DNA from: a virus
Virus record (IMG/VR): IMGVR_UViG_3300037440_000313
Coordinates: 1 to 64,000 of that record
DNA: 64,000 nt
Direction: 5' to 3' (one strand)
Of this stretch, positions 26,963 to 36,323 are shown one piece after another. Numbering within the stretch: position 1 is the first letter of the stretch; the number at the start of each line of letters is the position of its first letter. The notes beneath the pieces were generated by a model that worked only from the letters and a program-made list of their open reading frames with translations, was not told the DNA's origin and made no database searches. A program made the position numbers and the translations under genes.

Positions 26963-27246
26963 TATATGTGTCCTCTCAGCTCGTCCAGCTTTGCTCTTAC
27001 TGCAGCATCCCTAGAGATCAATAGATGCTCTAGTGCCATAGCCCGTTGATCCCCATCCTTCAGGTTCTCAGTTATCCTATATGCCAGAGTATAATATACC
27101 TGAGCTACCGGTTGAATTTCTGCACGCAAATGCTTGAACTCAAAGTGTCGAAGAGGTGAAGGTATACCACCGGTTCTCAGTACTCTGGACATAAGGTTGA
27201 ATTCCTCGTTATTATGGGGATGAAGAAGTCGATGTGGACCCAGCAC
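26962..27246 (-). CDS. small protein resembling Acb2-type cyclic-nucleotide sponge
   Basis: FEFKHLRAEIQPVAQVYYTLAYRITENLKDGDQRAMALEHLLISRDAAVRA fits the remembered family pattern F-x-HLP..LA..LPDG..AL-x-KLLEAKDAAVRA. The track start is GTG 27246; ATG 27192 (76 aa) is an alternative. Confidence 0.35.
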   Translation of the reverse strand: MLGPHRLLHPHNNEEFNLMSRVLRTGGIPSPLRHFEFKHLRAEIQPVAQVYYTLAYRITENLKDGDQRAMALEHLLISRDAAVRAKLDELRGHI

Positions 27247-27298
27247 CCGCGCGAGAGTTAGGCCTGCGATATCAGGTGCTGGGCCACATCATACTATA

Positions 27299-27856
27299 TT
27301 ACTTCGTAACCTTGCTCTCTATTGCAGCAGGAGCAGGAGTAGTTTTACCTGCCAGAACCTCTGCTGGAGAGATTCCAGCTGGAATTGGGTCTTCAGTATC
27401 AACTCCTGCTAGATGTGTATCGAGCCCTGCTTTGGTGAGCGGATATAACACGATCTCACGTAACAGACCACTCCCTTTAACCCGCACCGACACAGCATTA
27501 GGATCAACAGGGCGGTCAGTATATACTTTCTTGTTTACCCCCAAGGCGTGATTGATCCACGGAATGATATACTCTTCCAGACCTCCATCAGGTTTCACAA
27601 GAACAATTATAGAGTCGGATCTGTTGATCTTCTGAGTCTGGCAAAAGTCCCCCAGAGCCACTTCGGCTGGTGTATATGAGTCAGACATATTACAAGGCGT
27701 ATACACCATCGCACCGCAAAGAGTCAACCACATATCCCAGTAACCGGTTGCACCCCCGTTCTGATGGATATTTGAGCAGATCGTGATATACTGCTCATTA
27801 GGGAGAAATGTCTCTCCTGCATTGCGTATCTGTGTCGCCGTCTTAGCCTTAGCCAT
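27299..27856 (-). CDS. hypothetical protein
   Basis: 185-aa track ORF between the RNR gene and the small sponge-like ORF. AAGGGG RBS. No motif recognised. Confidence 0.6.
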   Translation of the reverse strand: MAKAKTATQIRNAGETFLPNEQYITICSNIHQNGGATGYWDMWLTLCGAMVYTPCNMSDSYTPAEVALGDFCQTQKINRSDSIIVLVKPDGGLEEYIIPWINHALGVNKKVYTDRPVDPNAVSVRVKGSGLLREIVLYPLTKAGLDTHLAGVDTEDPIPAGISPAEVLAGKTTPAPAAIESKVTK

Positions 27857-27889
27857 AGTTTACCCCTTACCTAGTTATATTTAACCAGT

Positions 27890-30457
27890 TTACCCACACT
27901 TACTCTGACCACAGTCAGAACACTTCAGACACCCTTCCTCCATCCTCGTGTTCAAAGAATTGCAGAAGCTGCACCGATTATGTTCAAGTGCCTTAGTAAC
28001 TGCTTGCTCCATAATTTGATTTCCATAGCCTGACAAGGAATCGATATGAACAGATTCTATGTCAGGTGCACCCATATAATAAGCTAGCGCTCGCTGCTCG
28101 ATAGATGCGTACTCGGCATATAACAGTGATTGCGGATTTGGTTTATGCTCTGCAATCAGTTCACCAATCCTAGCAATGATGGAACCGTAATGTTTGCCGT
28201 TATGCCATGCAGTACTAGAACTTAACGTGATCCCCTTTAGATCTTTACCAACCTCCGATGCAGGCACACCTGCTTGTAGCAACTTGGAGATCATAACAGA
28301 CATTGCCACAGACCATTCATTATGTGCATCGTTCTTTGACGATATGAACACTTCTATAGGATGCCCATCAACCGTGTTATTGATTGTCACAAAGAACGGT
28401 GAATTCAGCCCCGGCCATGGGATCTTGTATGTAGTCCCACACAAAACCTCGGGGCGCTTAAAGGTAGGAACCCCGCGCGTCTCTTCGGAAATCGCGGGCG
28501 CAGGCACGTTTGCCGGATCCACATCGCCATCTTTCATCTCCCCATTCGTGAGAGATATTTCCTTACTGGGCTTTACTGAAGTCAAAACAGCACCGCGAAC
28601 TGCAGAGGGCCTGTATGTCGTACACCCCTTAGCACCTTGGTTATATGCCATTGTGTAAACCTGACAGAAGTCTTCGAAAGGCATATCTTCAGGGATATTA
28701 ACCGTCTTGGAGATTGACGAGTCAATATAATACTGAATAGTTCCCTGCATAGCGATATGCTCTTGAGGAGAGATATATTCTGCCGTGGCGTACTTATTCA
28801 TCTCGTCAGCAATGAGGGTTCCGCACTCATTTATGTTGTGGCCATAAATAGCTGCATACATCCGGGCCGCATAACTATATGTGAAGGTCTCGCTCCAAGC
28901 GTCATTGTTCTTTTCGTCTTTGACTTTGACTTTCCGTTTGGTTATGTGCGAGAAGATAGGTTCGCAACCTGAAGAGACATCACCGAATACCACAGAAGTT
29001 GTACCTGTAGGTGCGACAGTAGCTACTACACCGTTACGAATTCCATGATCCTTCATCTTGTCAACGACATTCACACTAATAACGTTGTGAATGAATTGAC
29101 CTTCAAGATGCCTTTCATCATATGAAGGGAAAGCACCGAATTCCTTAGCGAGGTTAACTGACTCATCATATGCAGTATTAATAAAAGCTTGCATAATCTC
29201 GGCGACACGTGCTCGCCCATTTGCACTTTCATAGTCCAGACCAAGCATAGCTAAAGCGTCCCCAAGACCAGTGATGCCCAAGCCTATTCTACGTTTCTGA
29301 GTCGCCTCCAGATACATAGCGTGGATCGGATACTTCGTGATATCCAGAACCCGATCAAGGAACCGAACACCTTCACGAACAGCAACATCGAGCAACTGAT
29401 AATTGAACTTGGCATTATCAGTAAATGCATGCTCGACCATCCGAGCCAAATTGACACATCCAAGATCGCAAGCACCATACGGAGGCAGGGGCTGCTCTCC
29501 GCAGGGGTTGGTACAATGAATGGTTTCTAAGTATTGTATAGGGTTTAGGGCGTTCATGCGATCGATAAAGATAACTCCTGGCTCGGAGTATTCGTACGTT
29601 GTGGCAGTAATTTTCTCCCACAGCTCACGTGCAGGCATACGATGCCAGACGAAAGTCTTATCCATGTTCTCAGGCTCACCATCTGCAGCTTCGAGAACAA
29701 TCTTCTGCTGAGTTGCACGTTCATTAATGCGAGGACTCGTATGATACAAGACCCACTCTTCGTCATTCTCGACAGCATCCATAAAGGCGTCAGAAACCGT
29801 TACCGAGATGTTAAATGAGGTGAGTTTGCCTTGCTGGGTTTTGGCTTCGATGAACTCAATAACGTCGGGGTGCGTGCAATGCAGGGTAGCCATCTTGCCA
29901 CCACGACGATTGCCACCAGCTTCTAACGCATGGCCCATGGCATCCCATAAGCCCATGAATGCAACCGGTCCTCCAGCAAAGTATGCTGCCGTGGAGACTT
30001 CGGCGCCCTTGGGCCTCAAAGGGGTAAAATCAACACCGATACCACCCCCATACTTCTGGGTGTGGCCGGACTCAGCTAAGCTCTGCATGATGCCATTAAG
30101 TGAGTCAGGGAGAGTACCCATAACGTAACAGTTGAGCAGAGTAGAAGCATGTTCAGGAAGACCTGCCCCTGCAAGGATTCTTCCTCCCGGCAGGAACAGG
30201 CCATATTCCATTAACATGTAACTGAGATTAGCTGCATGTTCATCAGCAGGATAAATAGCCTTCGCAACACGATCGAGAGTGTCCTCCATACAAGTTTCAT
30301 TGCGACGCTTGTACTTAAGCCCCCAGACTTGCTTGGAAATTGGGGATCCAAACAAGTCCATGCCAAGCTGGTTTATATCCATTTGCTCGGCAATAAGTGC
30401 ACGCATGCTGGCTCTTGTAGAAGATTCCTTGAGGTGTTCCAAAAGCTGACTGCTCAT
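27890..30457 (-). CDS. nrdJ: ribonucleotide reductase, class II (adenosylcobalamin-dependent type)
   Basis: 855 aa. Active-site CTNPCGEQPLPPYGACDLG. A single polypeptide with no beta subunit nearby. The C-terminal Cys-rich tail is CSFCNS..CLKCSDCGQSKCG. Confidence 0.8.
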   Translation of the reverse strand: MSSQLLEHLKESSTRASMRALIAEQMDINQLGMDLFGSPISKQVWGLKYKRRNETCMEDTLDRVAKAIYPADEHAANLSYMLMEYGLFLPGGRILAGAGLPEHASTLLNCYVMGTLPDSLNGIMQSLAESGHTQKYGGGIGVDFTPLRPKGAEVSTAAYFAGGPVAFMGLWDAMGHALEAGGNRRGGKMATLHCTHPDVIEFIEAKTQQGKLTSFNISVTVSDAFMDAVENDEEWVLYHTSPRINERATQQKIVLEAADGEPENMDKTFVWHRMPARELWEKITATTYEYSEPGVIFIDRMNALNPIQYLETIHCTNPCGEQPLPPYGACDLGCVNLARMVEHAFTDNAKFNYQLLDVAVREGVRFLDRVLDITKYPIHAMYLEATQKRRIGLGITGLGDALAMLGLDYESANGRARVAEIMQAFINTAYDESVNLAKEFGAFPSYDERHLEGQFIHNVISVNVVDKMKDHGIRNGVVATVAPTGTTSVVFGDVSSGCEPIFSHITKRKVKVKDEKNNDAWSETFTYSYAARMYAAIYGHNINECGTLIADEMNKYATAEYISPQEHIAMQGTIQYYIDSSISKTVNIPEDMPFEDFCQVYTMAYNQGAKGCTTYRPSAVRGAVLTSVKPSKEISLTNGEMKDGDVDPANVPAPAISEETRGVPTFKRPEVLCGTTYKIPWPGLNSPFFVTINNTVDGHPIEVFISSKNDAHNEWSVAMSVMISKLLQAGVPASEVGKDLKGITLSSSTAWHNGKHYGSIIARIGELIAEHKPNPQSLLYAEYASIEQRALAYYMGAPDIESVHIDSLSGYGNQIMEQAVTKALEHNRCSFCNSLNTRMEEGCLKCSDCGQSKCG

Positions 30458-30491
30458 GATATATCAGACTCCATGTACGTTGTGTTGTGTG

Positions 30492-30746
30492 TTAGGCGCT
30501 TGCAGTTTCGTCCATGCCTACTTCTGCTGGACTAATATTATTGTGGATAATCTCGTCCGTTAAGGTTACAATCTTCCTATAGAGACTGTCTCCAGGGGAC
30601 GTTTTTATGGATGCTTGGCGAAGCAATCCCAGTGCACGTTGAACTGTGATCCCACCGATATTCCGATGCCATATGAAACTTACGTACATATATGCACGGG
30701 TTGCGTCTGCATATGTATTGACAGGACCAACAAACTTTCTTACCAT
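30492..30746 (-). CDS. hypothetical protein
   Basis: 84-aa track ORF with its own TTGAAACC-type promoter at 30779-30808. Confidence 0.55.
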   Translation of the reverse strand: MVRKFVGPVNTYADATRAYMYVSFIWHRNIGGITVQRALGLLRQASIKTSPGDSLYRKIVTLTDEIIHNNISPAEVGMDETASA

Positions 30747-30778
30747 GAGAACTACTCCTACTTTTTTATCCTATGAAT

Positions 30779-30808
30779 ATTATAAAACAGAAGTCTGGGC
30801 GGTTTCAA
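30779..30808 (-). promoter_or_regulatory. sigma70-like promoter (TTGAAACC-N4-AGACTT subfamily)
   Basis: On the - strand: TTGAAA (30808-30803), 18-nt spacer, TATAAT (30784-30779). It shares CTTGAAACCnnnnAGACTT with the promoters at 54819 and 62933. Confidence 0.55.
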
Positions 30809-31008
30809 GGTTTACTTTTGTGGCGACGGGGTCTACTCATACCACGAGCCCATAGTTGCAGCTTACGTTCTACTTTCCTACGCTCTGTAATATTCCGATA
30901 TTGCTCGTTGTACGTGTGTGAATCACCAAATGAATCTATGTAGGTAACAGTCCAGTAACCTACATTCTCTCCAGTTACTACTTCATCACTGATACTGGAT
31001 AGTCTCAA
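30805..31008 (-). CDS. hypothetical protein
   Basis: 67-aa track ORF. It overlaps the polymerase stop by 23 nt. Confidence 0.5.
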   Translation of the reverse strand: MRLSSISDEVVTGENVGYWTVTYIDSFGDSHTYNEQYRNITERRKVERKLQLWARGMSRPRRHKSKP

Positions 31009-33520
31009 AGTTGTAACTCCCTTTAACAGTGTAAGGTTTTAGGAAGCCCCATTGAAGGCCTGATTTCGCTTCAGCCTTGAACGGCACTTTTGTAAGGCCC
31101 CATTCCCTACCAGTTTTTTCCATGTAGTAGATGATGAGGGCGACTTGTCTGTCGAGCGTATCGGGATTATCCAGCAGCTCGTGTAATCCTGCATCATGAA
31201 TAAGGTTGACGACGTTTCCGTTGTATCTGGGATCTTCAATGAGATCTGTGTGTGCAACGAGAGTAATGTCAGAAGCTGTAGATTGATGTGGAAAGTTACT
31301 TGCTTCGTTCTGTACAGCGTGTACATTATTTCTGGAGATAACAGAGAAACGTCGTTTACGGCCGAAGCATGTAACAAGTGCCTTCCTGTCCAAGGGTGCT
31401 CGTCTGCACTGTTGAATGAAATCCCAAGCGACAGGGAATCGACGTGCCCACCTTGTGATCCACTCTTCCCCTTCGGCGATTGGCATATCATGCGCTTGAG
31501 CAATCGAGGCCCCAGTCCTACCATAGACGATGCCAAAATTAACGGCCTTGGCCAACATCTTGTCTTCAGACGTGTAATCCTTTCCGAAAATTGCAATGGA
31601 GGTCTCATGGTGCAATCCTGGATGTTCTGGATCATTGTATAGCTCTATCAGTTCTGGATCACCACTGAGCTCCGCTAGCGATCTTAGTTCCGCTTGGTTA
31701 AGGTCTACCTCAACAAGTACGTATCCTTCAGGTACACCAAATTGCCCACGTATAGCTGGTACTCGTGGAGGATTCTGCATGTTGGGCTTGCGGCTGGCAA
31801 GGCGGCCTGTAACCGTACCATGTATTAGATACGTAGCATGAACACGCCCATCACGCTTCATATGCCCGCGGAAGAACTTCTTTTTCTTAGGATCCCACCT
31901 GTCGACTAAGTTAACAACATAAGTACCAAACTGTTTCGCGAAGGTCCTATTCGCTTTAAGTAAGTCAACAATAGGATGCTTTGGCATTGCATCTAGAGCT
32001 TCTTTATCAGTACTATAACCTTTCCCAGGTATAGTTGGCATACCTATAACGTCATAGATAAGCTCTGACATCTGGGGGTATGATGCCATATTGAATGTAC
32101 GACCACATAACTTCAGTGTAGCTTCATTCATTTGAGCTTCTAAGGCTGTAAGCTCCATGCGCAGCTTAACCTGGTTCTCGGAGTTCTGTTTCAGGTTAAC
32201 GTAGATGCCATGATACTCGATCTTTGCAATAAGCTTAGATGCGGGTACCATAACCCGAGAGTAGGCTTTGATTAAGTGAGGATCCTTCTCGACACGTTTC
32301 TTCAGTACCCTATATGACTGGAGCGTTGCAGCAATATCCTTGCCACCATATTTCCAGAGTACCGGTGGGGGGATGTCTGCGTAGGAGGAGTTCTTATTCG
32401 GGAGATATACGTCTAGCATTCCCTTCCAGTTAGGTGCACCTACTGCATCATTAGATACCTGCTCTAGGTCATGCAAGCCGGGATTTTCGTCCAGTGCGTA
32501 GGAGAGTAACATGGTATCTTCATCAACCCTAGCATTGATTGATATCGACCACCAGAACTGGATATCGAACTTTCCATTGTGCCATATAAACCTAAACCAT
32601 GAGCTTGATAGCTCAAGGAAAGCTTTGACAGCAGCGTAGTAGACCGGATCCTTAGCAAATCCATTATCATCGTGCTCAATTGCTGACTCGGGTACGACGT
32701 AATTGATGGTGTCTTCCCATCCGAACAAGAGGCATAAGACATCATCTTCCAGAGCTGAGAATCCAGATGTTTCTGTATCTGCTGCAATCTCAATCGGGCC
32801 TGCTCCGATTGCTTGATGCCACCAGAGGGTGTAATCAAGTCTTTGCATGACACGGAAAAAGTCATCAACTGTGTGTAAGACTTCATGTTCTGAATCCTTA
32901 TAAGAAGGGCGTTCCTCATCCTGGAGCTTCTCAACTACCAACTTGATATCAGACTTGAACTTATTCAGACTTCCACCACCACGTAGCAAGAACGCTGGGT
33001 GCACAGTTACTAAACACCCGTCACTAGCTAATGGGGTTGGGTATAGTGTGCCACGTACCTGAGTGATCTTAAGTTTGTAGTCTCCAGTAACAGCCCAAGC
33101 TGCTGTTGCTCCCAGAGCTAGAATGATCTTCCTAGGGTGCGCCCTGAGTTCATCCCACAAGTTATTGACACAAGCCCTACAGGCTTGGCTCATTGTAGAT
33201 TGATCTTTCTTGCCTGTAGGTACACACTTAACTGCATTGGTTAAGTATGGCTGAGGCAGATCGTCATGAAAGCCAGCTCCGTAGAGCGTAGCTTTCAGGA
33301 GCTCACCTGACTCACCGATAAAGGGATGTTGATATAACATCTCCTGTTTGCCAGGACTCTCCCCTACGATAACGAAGGGAGAGTCAATAGGGCCTGCAGG
33401 GCCACATGTCTTAGACCTAAAGATACACCCTTTACAAGCGTGATTACTATTCACGTTGATTACGGGCTTAAAGCCTTCTTTAAGTAGTTTAAGCGATGGG
33501 CCTGCAGGTTTATCTAGCAT
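30986..33520 (-). CDS. family A DNA polymerase with 3'-5' exonuclease and N-terminal family-4 UDG-like domain
   Basis: UDG-4 motifs VGESPGKQE and HPAFLLRG. ExoI IAADTETSG. Pol motif A VEVDLNQAELR, motif B AKAVNFGIVYG, motif C NLIHDAG. Confidence 0.85.
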   Translation of the reverse strand: MLDKPAGPSLKLLKEGFKPVINVNSNHACKGCIFRSKTCGPAGPIDSPFVIVGESPGKQEMLYQHPFIGESGELLKATLYGAGFHDDLPQPYLTNAVKCVPTGKKDQSTMSQACRACVNNLWDELRAHPRKIILALGATAAWAVTGDYKLKITQVRGTLYPTPLASDGCLVTVHPAFLLRGGGSLNKFKSDIKLVVEKLQDEERPSYKDSEHEVLHTVDDFFRVMQRLDYTLWWHQAIGAGPIEIAADTETSGFSALEDDVLCLLFGWEDTINYVVPESAIEHDDNGFAKDPVYYAAVKAFLELSSSWFRFIWHNGKFDIQFWWSISINARVDEDTMLLSYALDENPGLHDLEQVSNDAVGAPNWKGMLDVYLPNKNSSYADIPPPVLWKYGGKDIAATLQSYRVLKKRVEKDPHLIKAYSRVMVPASKLIAKIEYHGIYVNLKQNSENQVKLRMELTALEAQMNEATLKLCGRTFNMASYPQMSELIYDVIGMPTIPGKGYSTDKEALDAMPKHPIVDLLKANRTFAKQFGTYVVNLVDRWDPKKKKFFRGHMKRDGRVHATYLIHGTVTGRLASRKPNMQNPPRVPAIRGQFGVPEGYVLVEVDLNQAELRSLAELSGDPELIELYNDPEHPGLHHETSIAIFGKDYTSEDKMLAKAVNFGIVYGRTGASIAQAHDMPIAEGEEWITRWARRFPVAWDFIQQCRRAPLDRKALVTCFGRKRRFSVISRNNVHAVQNEASNFPHQSTASDITLVAHTDLIEDPRYNGNVVNLIHDAGLHELLDNPDTLDRQVALIIYYMEKTGREWGLTKVPFKAEAKSGLQWGFLKPYTVKGSYNFETIQYQ

Positions 33521-33532
33521 AGTATCCTACGA

Positions 33533-34318
33533 TCAACGGAAAGTTGTACGTGCGTATTCAATATTCTTAATAGCCCGTTCAGTTAGAGTACCTGCTTTCC
33601 AGTAGTTACCCCGTTCACCGTAATCTGTTCGTGTGACTGTAAACCATCTGTCCATCCAACCAGCGCGAGTAGGCACAGCAGAATCTATCCCGACGACATT
33701 TGGCCGATAGTTGGCACATAGCACATCGTCGATTAAGTCCACATTGGAGATCCCAAGCAGGTGGATCTTAGGACGCCGATGCATCATCACATCGTTGACT
33801 ACGTCGATAAGCTCTCGACGTGACTTGACTCCGAGTTCATGGCAGTCTCTTGGGAGCCCTACCCAATTGCAGATCCCTAAGTGCTCCCCCATAAACTTGA
33901 TTGACTCAATGTAGTCAGCTAAATCCTTCCCCTGGGGCACGAACATATATTCGTACGATTGTAGTTCACCTCCAGGTGTTGCATGCCACTGGTCCTGAAA
34001 CTTCAAGCACAGACTATGCGTGGTATCAATGTCGCCGATGACGTCTGGAAGTACAACTACATCAGCATTCACGATACTGGCAGCCTCCATGATGTCACTC
34101 ATTGCCATTGGCATACCAAGCTCAATAACAGATGAGTCCATAATAATCGTCGGATCGTAGACTTTAGCACGAAGTGCATTAGCCCAATCTTTCCATCCTG
34201 CACGATTTTCTAGAACGTCATGTGCAAGTAGCAGGTGATAATCTCCTACAAGCTCTGCTGAGTGCTGTAACATCGACCACATTATTGGTAGCGGTGCTAC
34301 CGGAGCAAACTTAGCCAC
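33533..34318 (-). CDS. dpdA: DpdA-like DNA 7-deazaguanine transglycosylase (Tgt superfamily)
   Basis: The motif series IMDSS / VLPDV / FVPQG / IHLLGIS / GIDSAVPTRAG parallels Tgt DSGGFQ / DEC / GIVQGG / YLMGVG / FDCVMPTRNARNG. It is clustered with folE, queE and queC. Confidence 0.7.
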   Translation of the reverse strand: MAKFAPVAPLPIMWSMLQHSAELVGDYHLLLAHDVLENRAGWKDWANALRAKVYDPTIIMDSSVIELGMPMAMSDIMEAASIVNADVVVLPDVIGDIDTTHSLCLKFQDQWHATPGGELQSYEYMFVPQGKDLADYIESIKFMGEHLGICNWVGLPRDCHELGVKSRRELIDVVNDVMMHRRPKIHLLGISNVDLIDDVLCANYRPNVVGIDSAVPTRAGWMDRWFTVTRTDYGERGNYWKAGTLTERAIKNIEYARTTFR

Positions 34319-34775
34319 CTTTGATCATCCTTTCAAATTTTACTAGGTTAGCTAGACCATCAATTACACGTACCTTCCTCTTATAGACATAAGCGATAAT
34401 ACTACTTGCAATGCTAATAGCATATAGTTGCAAGCCTATAGCGAGAAGAGTCGCAACGGCAGATAGTATAACATCCATTGATGCACTTGAAGTTAAATGC
34501 TCATGAAGGATATACCCATGATACAGAAATGCCCCAGCAAATCCTAGATGCATTAATTTAGTGGCAAGAAGAAGTACACCCCAACGAAAACTGCTATTCT
34601 CCTTCTTCTTGTATTCCATAGCTAGAGTACTATATTTATTGACATGTTCCTTAGTGGGTATTGGACCTCCAGTACCCCCCTCACCATCAACAATATCAGG
34701 ATAGTTCCCCCAGCCACCTTTAGCACGTGCTTCTGTACCCCGCGGCGGTTTGTTATTACGATCTCGTCGTCCCAT
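34311..34775 (-). CDS. predicted 3-TM membrane protein embedded in the deazaguanine cluster
   Basis: 154 aa. A basic/Gly-rich N-terminus is followed by three hydrophobic helices (WGVLLLATKLMHLGFAGAFLY, ILSAVATLLAIGLQLYAI..). It overlaps the dpdA start by 8 nt. Confidence 0.6.
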   Translation of the reverse strand: MGRRDRNNKPPRGTEARAKGGWGNYPDIVDGEGGTGGPIPTKEHVNKYSTLAMEYKKKENSSFRWGVLLLATKLMHLGFAGAFLYHGYILHEHLTSSASMDVILSAVATLLAIGLQLYAISIASSIIAYVYKRKVRVIDGLANLVKFERMIKGG

Positions 34776-34794
34776 AATTGTAGCCCTCCTACAG

Positions 34795-35499
34795 TTATCT
34801 CAGGCCAAGAAGAGTAAAAGCTTCCTCCCTTGCTTGAGGTACATTCTTGAATATGCCTTTCACAGTCGAAGTAGTAGTAACTACTCCAGGAGTCTTAGCT
34901 CCTCGGCATGTCATGCATGTATGCTCTGCCTTGATGACTACTAGGACCCCGGTAGCTTCAAGATGCTCCTTCAACAGGTAAGCAATTCTGTCGTTGATAG
35001 TCTCCTGAAGCGAAGGCCTTTCACGACCGACAGCATCAACAAGCCTTGCAAGTTTTGAGAGACCTACAACCTTACCTCTGTGAGGCAGGTACGCAAGATA
35101 CGCTTGGCCAATAGCAGGCATGAGATGATGCTCACAAAGCATAACAAATGGGATGTTAGACTGCGCAACGATGCTCCCAGAATCTCTTGACTGGAAGCTA
35201 CGAGTCAGTAAGGTCTTAGCATCAAACGGTTGATTGAAGCTGGCTAACATCTTAATGACACGTTTAGGTGTCTCTGAGACTGAAGGATCATCTAGGTTCA
35301 TGCCTAAGCCCGCTAAGATCTCAGCCATATGATCTTGTAGGGCTTCATAATCGATCTCGGGTTGCCGTACAAGATAGTTTGCTCCTTGATAGGCAGGCAC
35401 CATCATGTTAGATGTCAGTTCTAGTGGCATAGTTTCAGTATCATCCTCGAGCCCAGCTTCCTGCAACTTCATTAGCTCATCCCCCAATTCCCGGTTCAT
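34795..35499 (-). CDS. folE: GTP cyclohydrolase I
   Basis: MLCEHHLMPAIGQAYLAYLP..VVGLSKLARLVD..RPSLQE..AEHTCMTCRG matches the FolE core. Confidence 0.9.
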   Translation of the reverse strand: MNRELGDELMKLQEAGLEDDTETMPLELTSNMMVPAYQGANYLVRQPEIDYEALQDHMAEILAGLGMNLDDPSVSETPKRVIKMLASFNQPFDAKTLLTRSFQSRDSGSIVAQSNIPFVMLCEHHLMPAIGQAYLAYLPHRGKVVGLSKLARLVDAVGRERPSLQETINDRIAYLLKEHLEATGVLVVIKAEHTCMTCRGAKTPGVVTTTSTVKGIFKNVPQAREEAFTLLGLR

Positions 35500-35504
35500 A
35501 AGTA

Positions 35505-36323
35505 TTAAACTCCAGCTCTGTTACCCCAAAGCAGTACATGTATCTGCGGGAGCACGATAATATCCTTCGTACGTGGATCCTGTAAGATGTCTTCTAGGAG
35601 CACCTGATAGTTTTGAACTAACATCCCGGGATCAAAGTCTCTCTTCTCAGGTCCACCAGAATACCATGGAGGCATTTCATTACCTAGTGAAATGAACTTA
35701 CGACCAGTCCGACTGAAGAATGAGTGCCCACACCCAAAGATTGACAGTGCAAACTCAACATCGGCAAAGCTGAAGCAGACAATCTTCACTGACACATCAT
35801 CTTTGCGCCAAGTTAACTTATCAAGGAACTGAGTGAAGACTTCATGATCATAGGAAGCACCCATACCAGGAGCTTTAGGAGACAGAACGATCGAGTCGCA
35901 AAGCATAATCCAATCGCGCCAATACGATCCTTGAGTCTCAACAGTAACCTTCAAACCTACACGTTGCAGGTTATATACCAATTCTCCCAATTCATATATT
36001 AACGGATTCCCTCCCGAAAAGGTAATCCACTGAGTATTTGTCTTCATCGCCTTGTCAACTAAAGCGATATAGATCTCCTCCTGAGTCATGTAGGTAGCAT
36101 GCTCTTTGATCAGCTTTGGAAGCACCGCATGCAGGCTGTCACACTTCTTGCACCTGAAGTCGCAGCCGCCAAACCTAATGAAGAGTGTCTGAACACCAGC
36201 AACCCGACCTTCGCCCTGAATTGTAGGGCCGAAGATTTCAATAACGGCTACCTTCTTATCAGGATTGTTATCATCATCCCCCTTAGCGAGGTTCTCAAAG
36301 ATGTCTCGTTCTGCGATGTCCAT
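35505..36323 (-). CDS. queE: 7-carboxy-7-deazaguanine synthase (radical SAM)
   Basis: EIFGPTIQGEGRVAGVQTLFIRFGGCDFRCKKCDS (CxxxCxxC cluster in the QueE context). Confidence 0.85.
   Translation of the reverse strand: MDIAERDIFENLAKGDDDNNPDKKVAVIEIFGPTIQGEGRVAGVQTLFIRFGGCDFRCKKCDSLHAVLPKLIKEHATYMTQEEIYIALVDKAMKTNTQWITFSGGNPLIYELGELVYNLQRVGLKVTVETQGSYWRDWIMLCDSIVLSPKAPGMGASYDHEVFTQFLDKLTWRKDDVSVKIVCFSFADVEFALSIFGCGHSFFSRTGRKFISLGNEMPPWYSGGPEKRDFDPGMLVQNYQVLLEDILQDPRTKDIIVLPQIHVLLWGNRAGV

Noticed and set aside
30458-30491. Cobalamin riboswitch upstream of the B12-type RNR gene.
   Set aside because: The leader is only ~34 nt with no B12-box-like sequence, which is too short for the aptamer.
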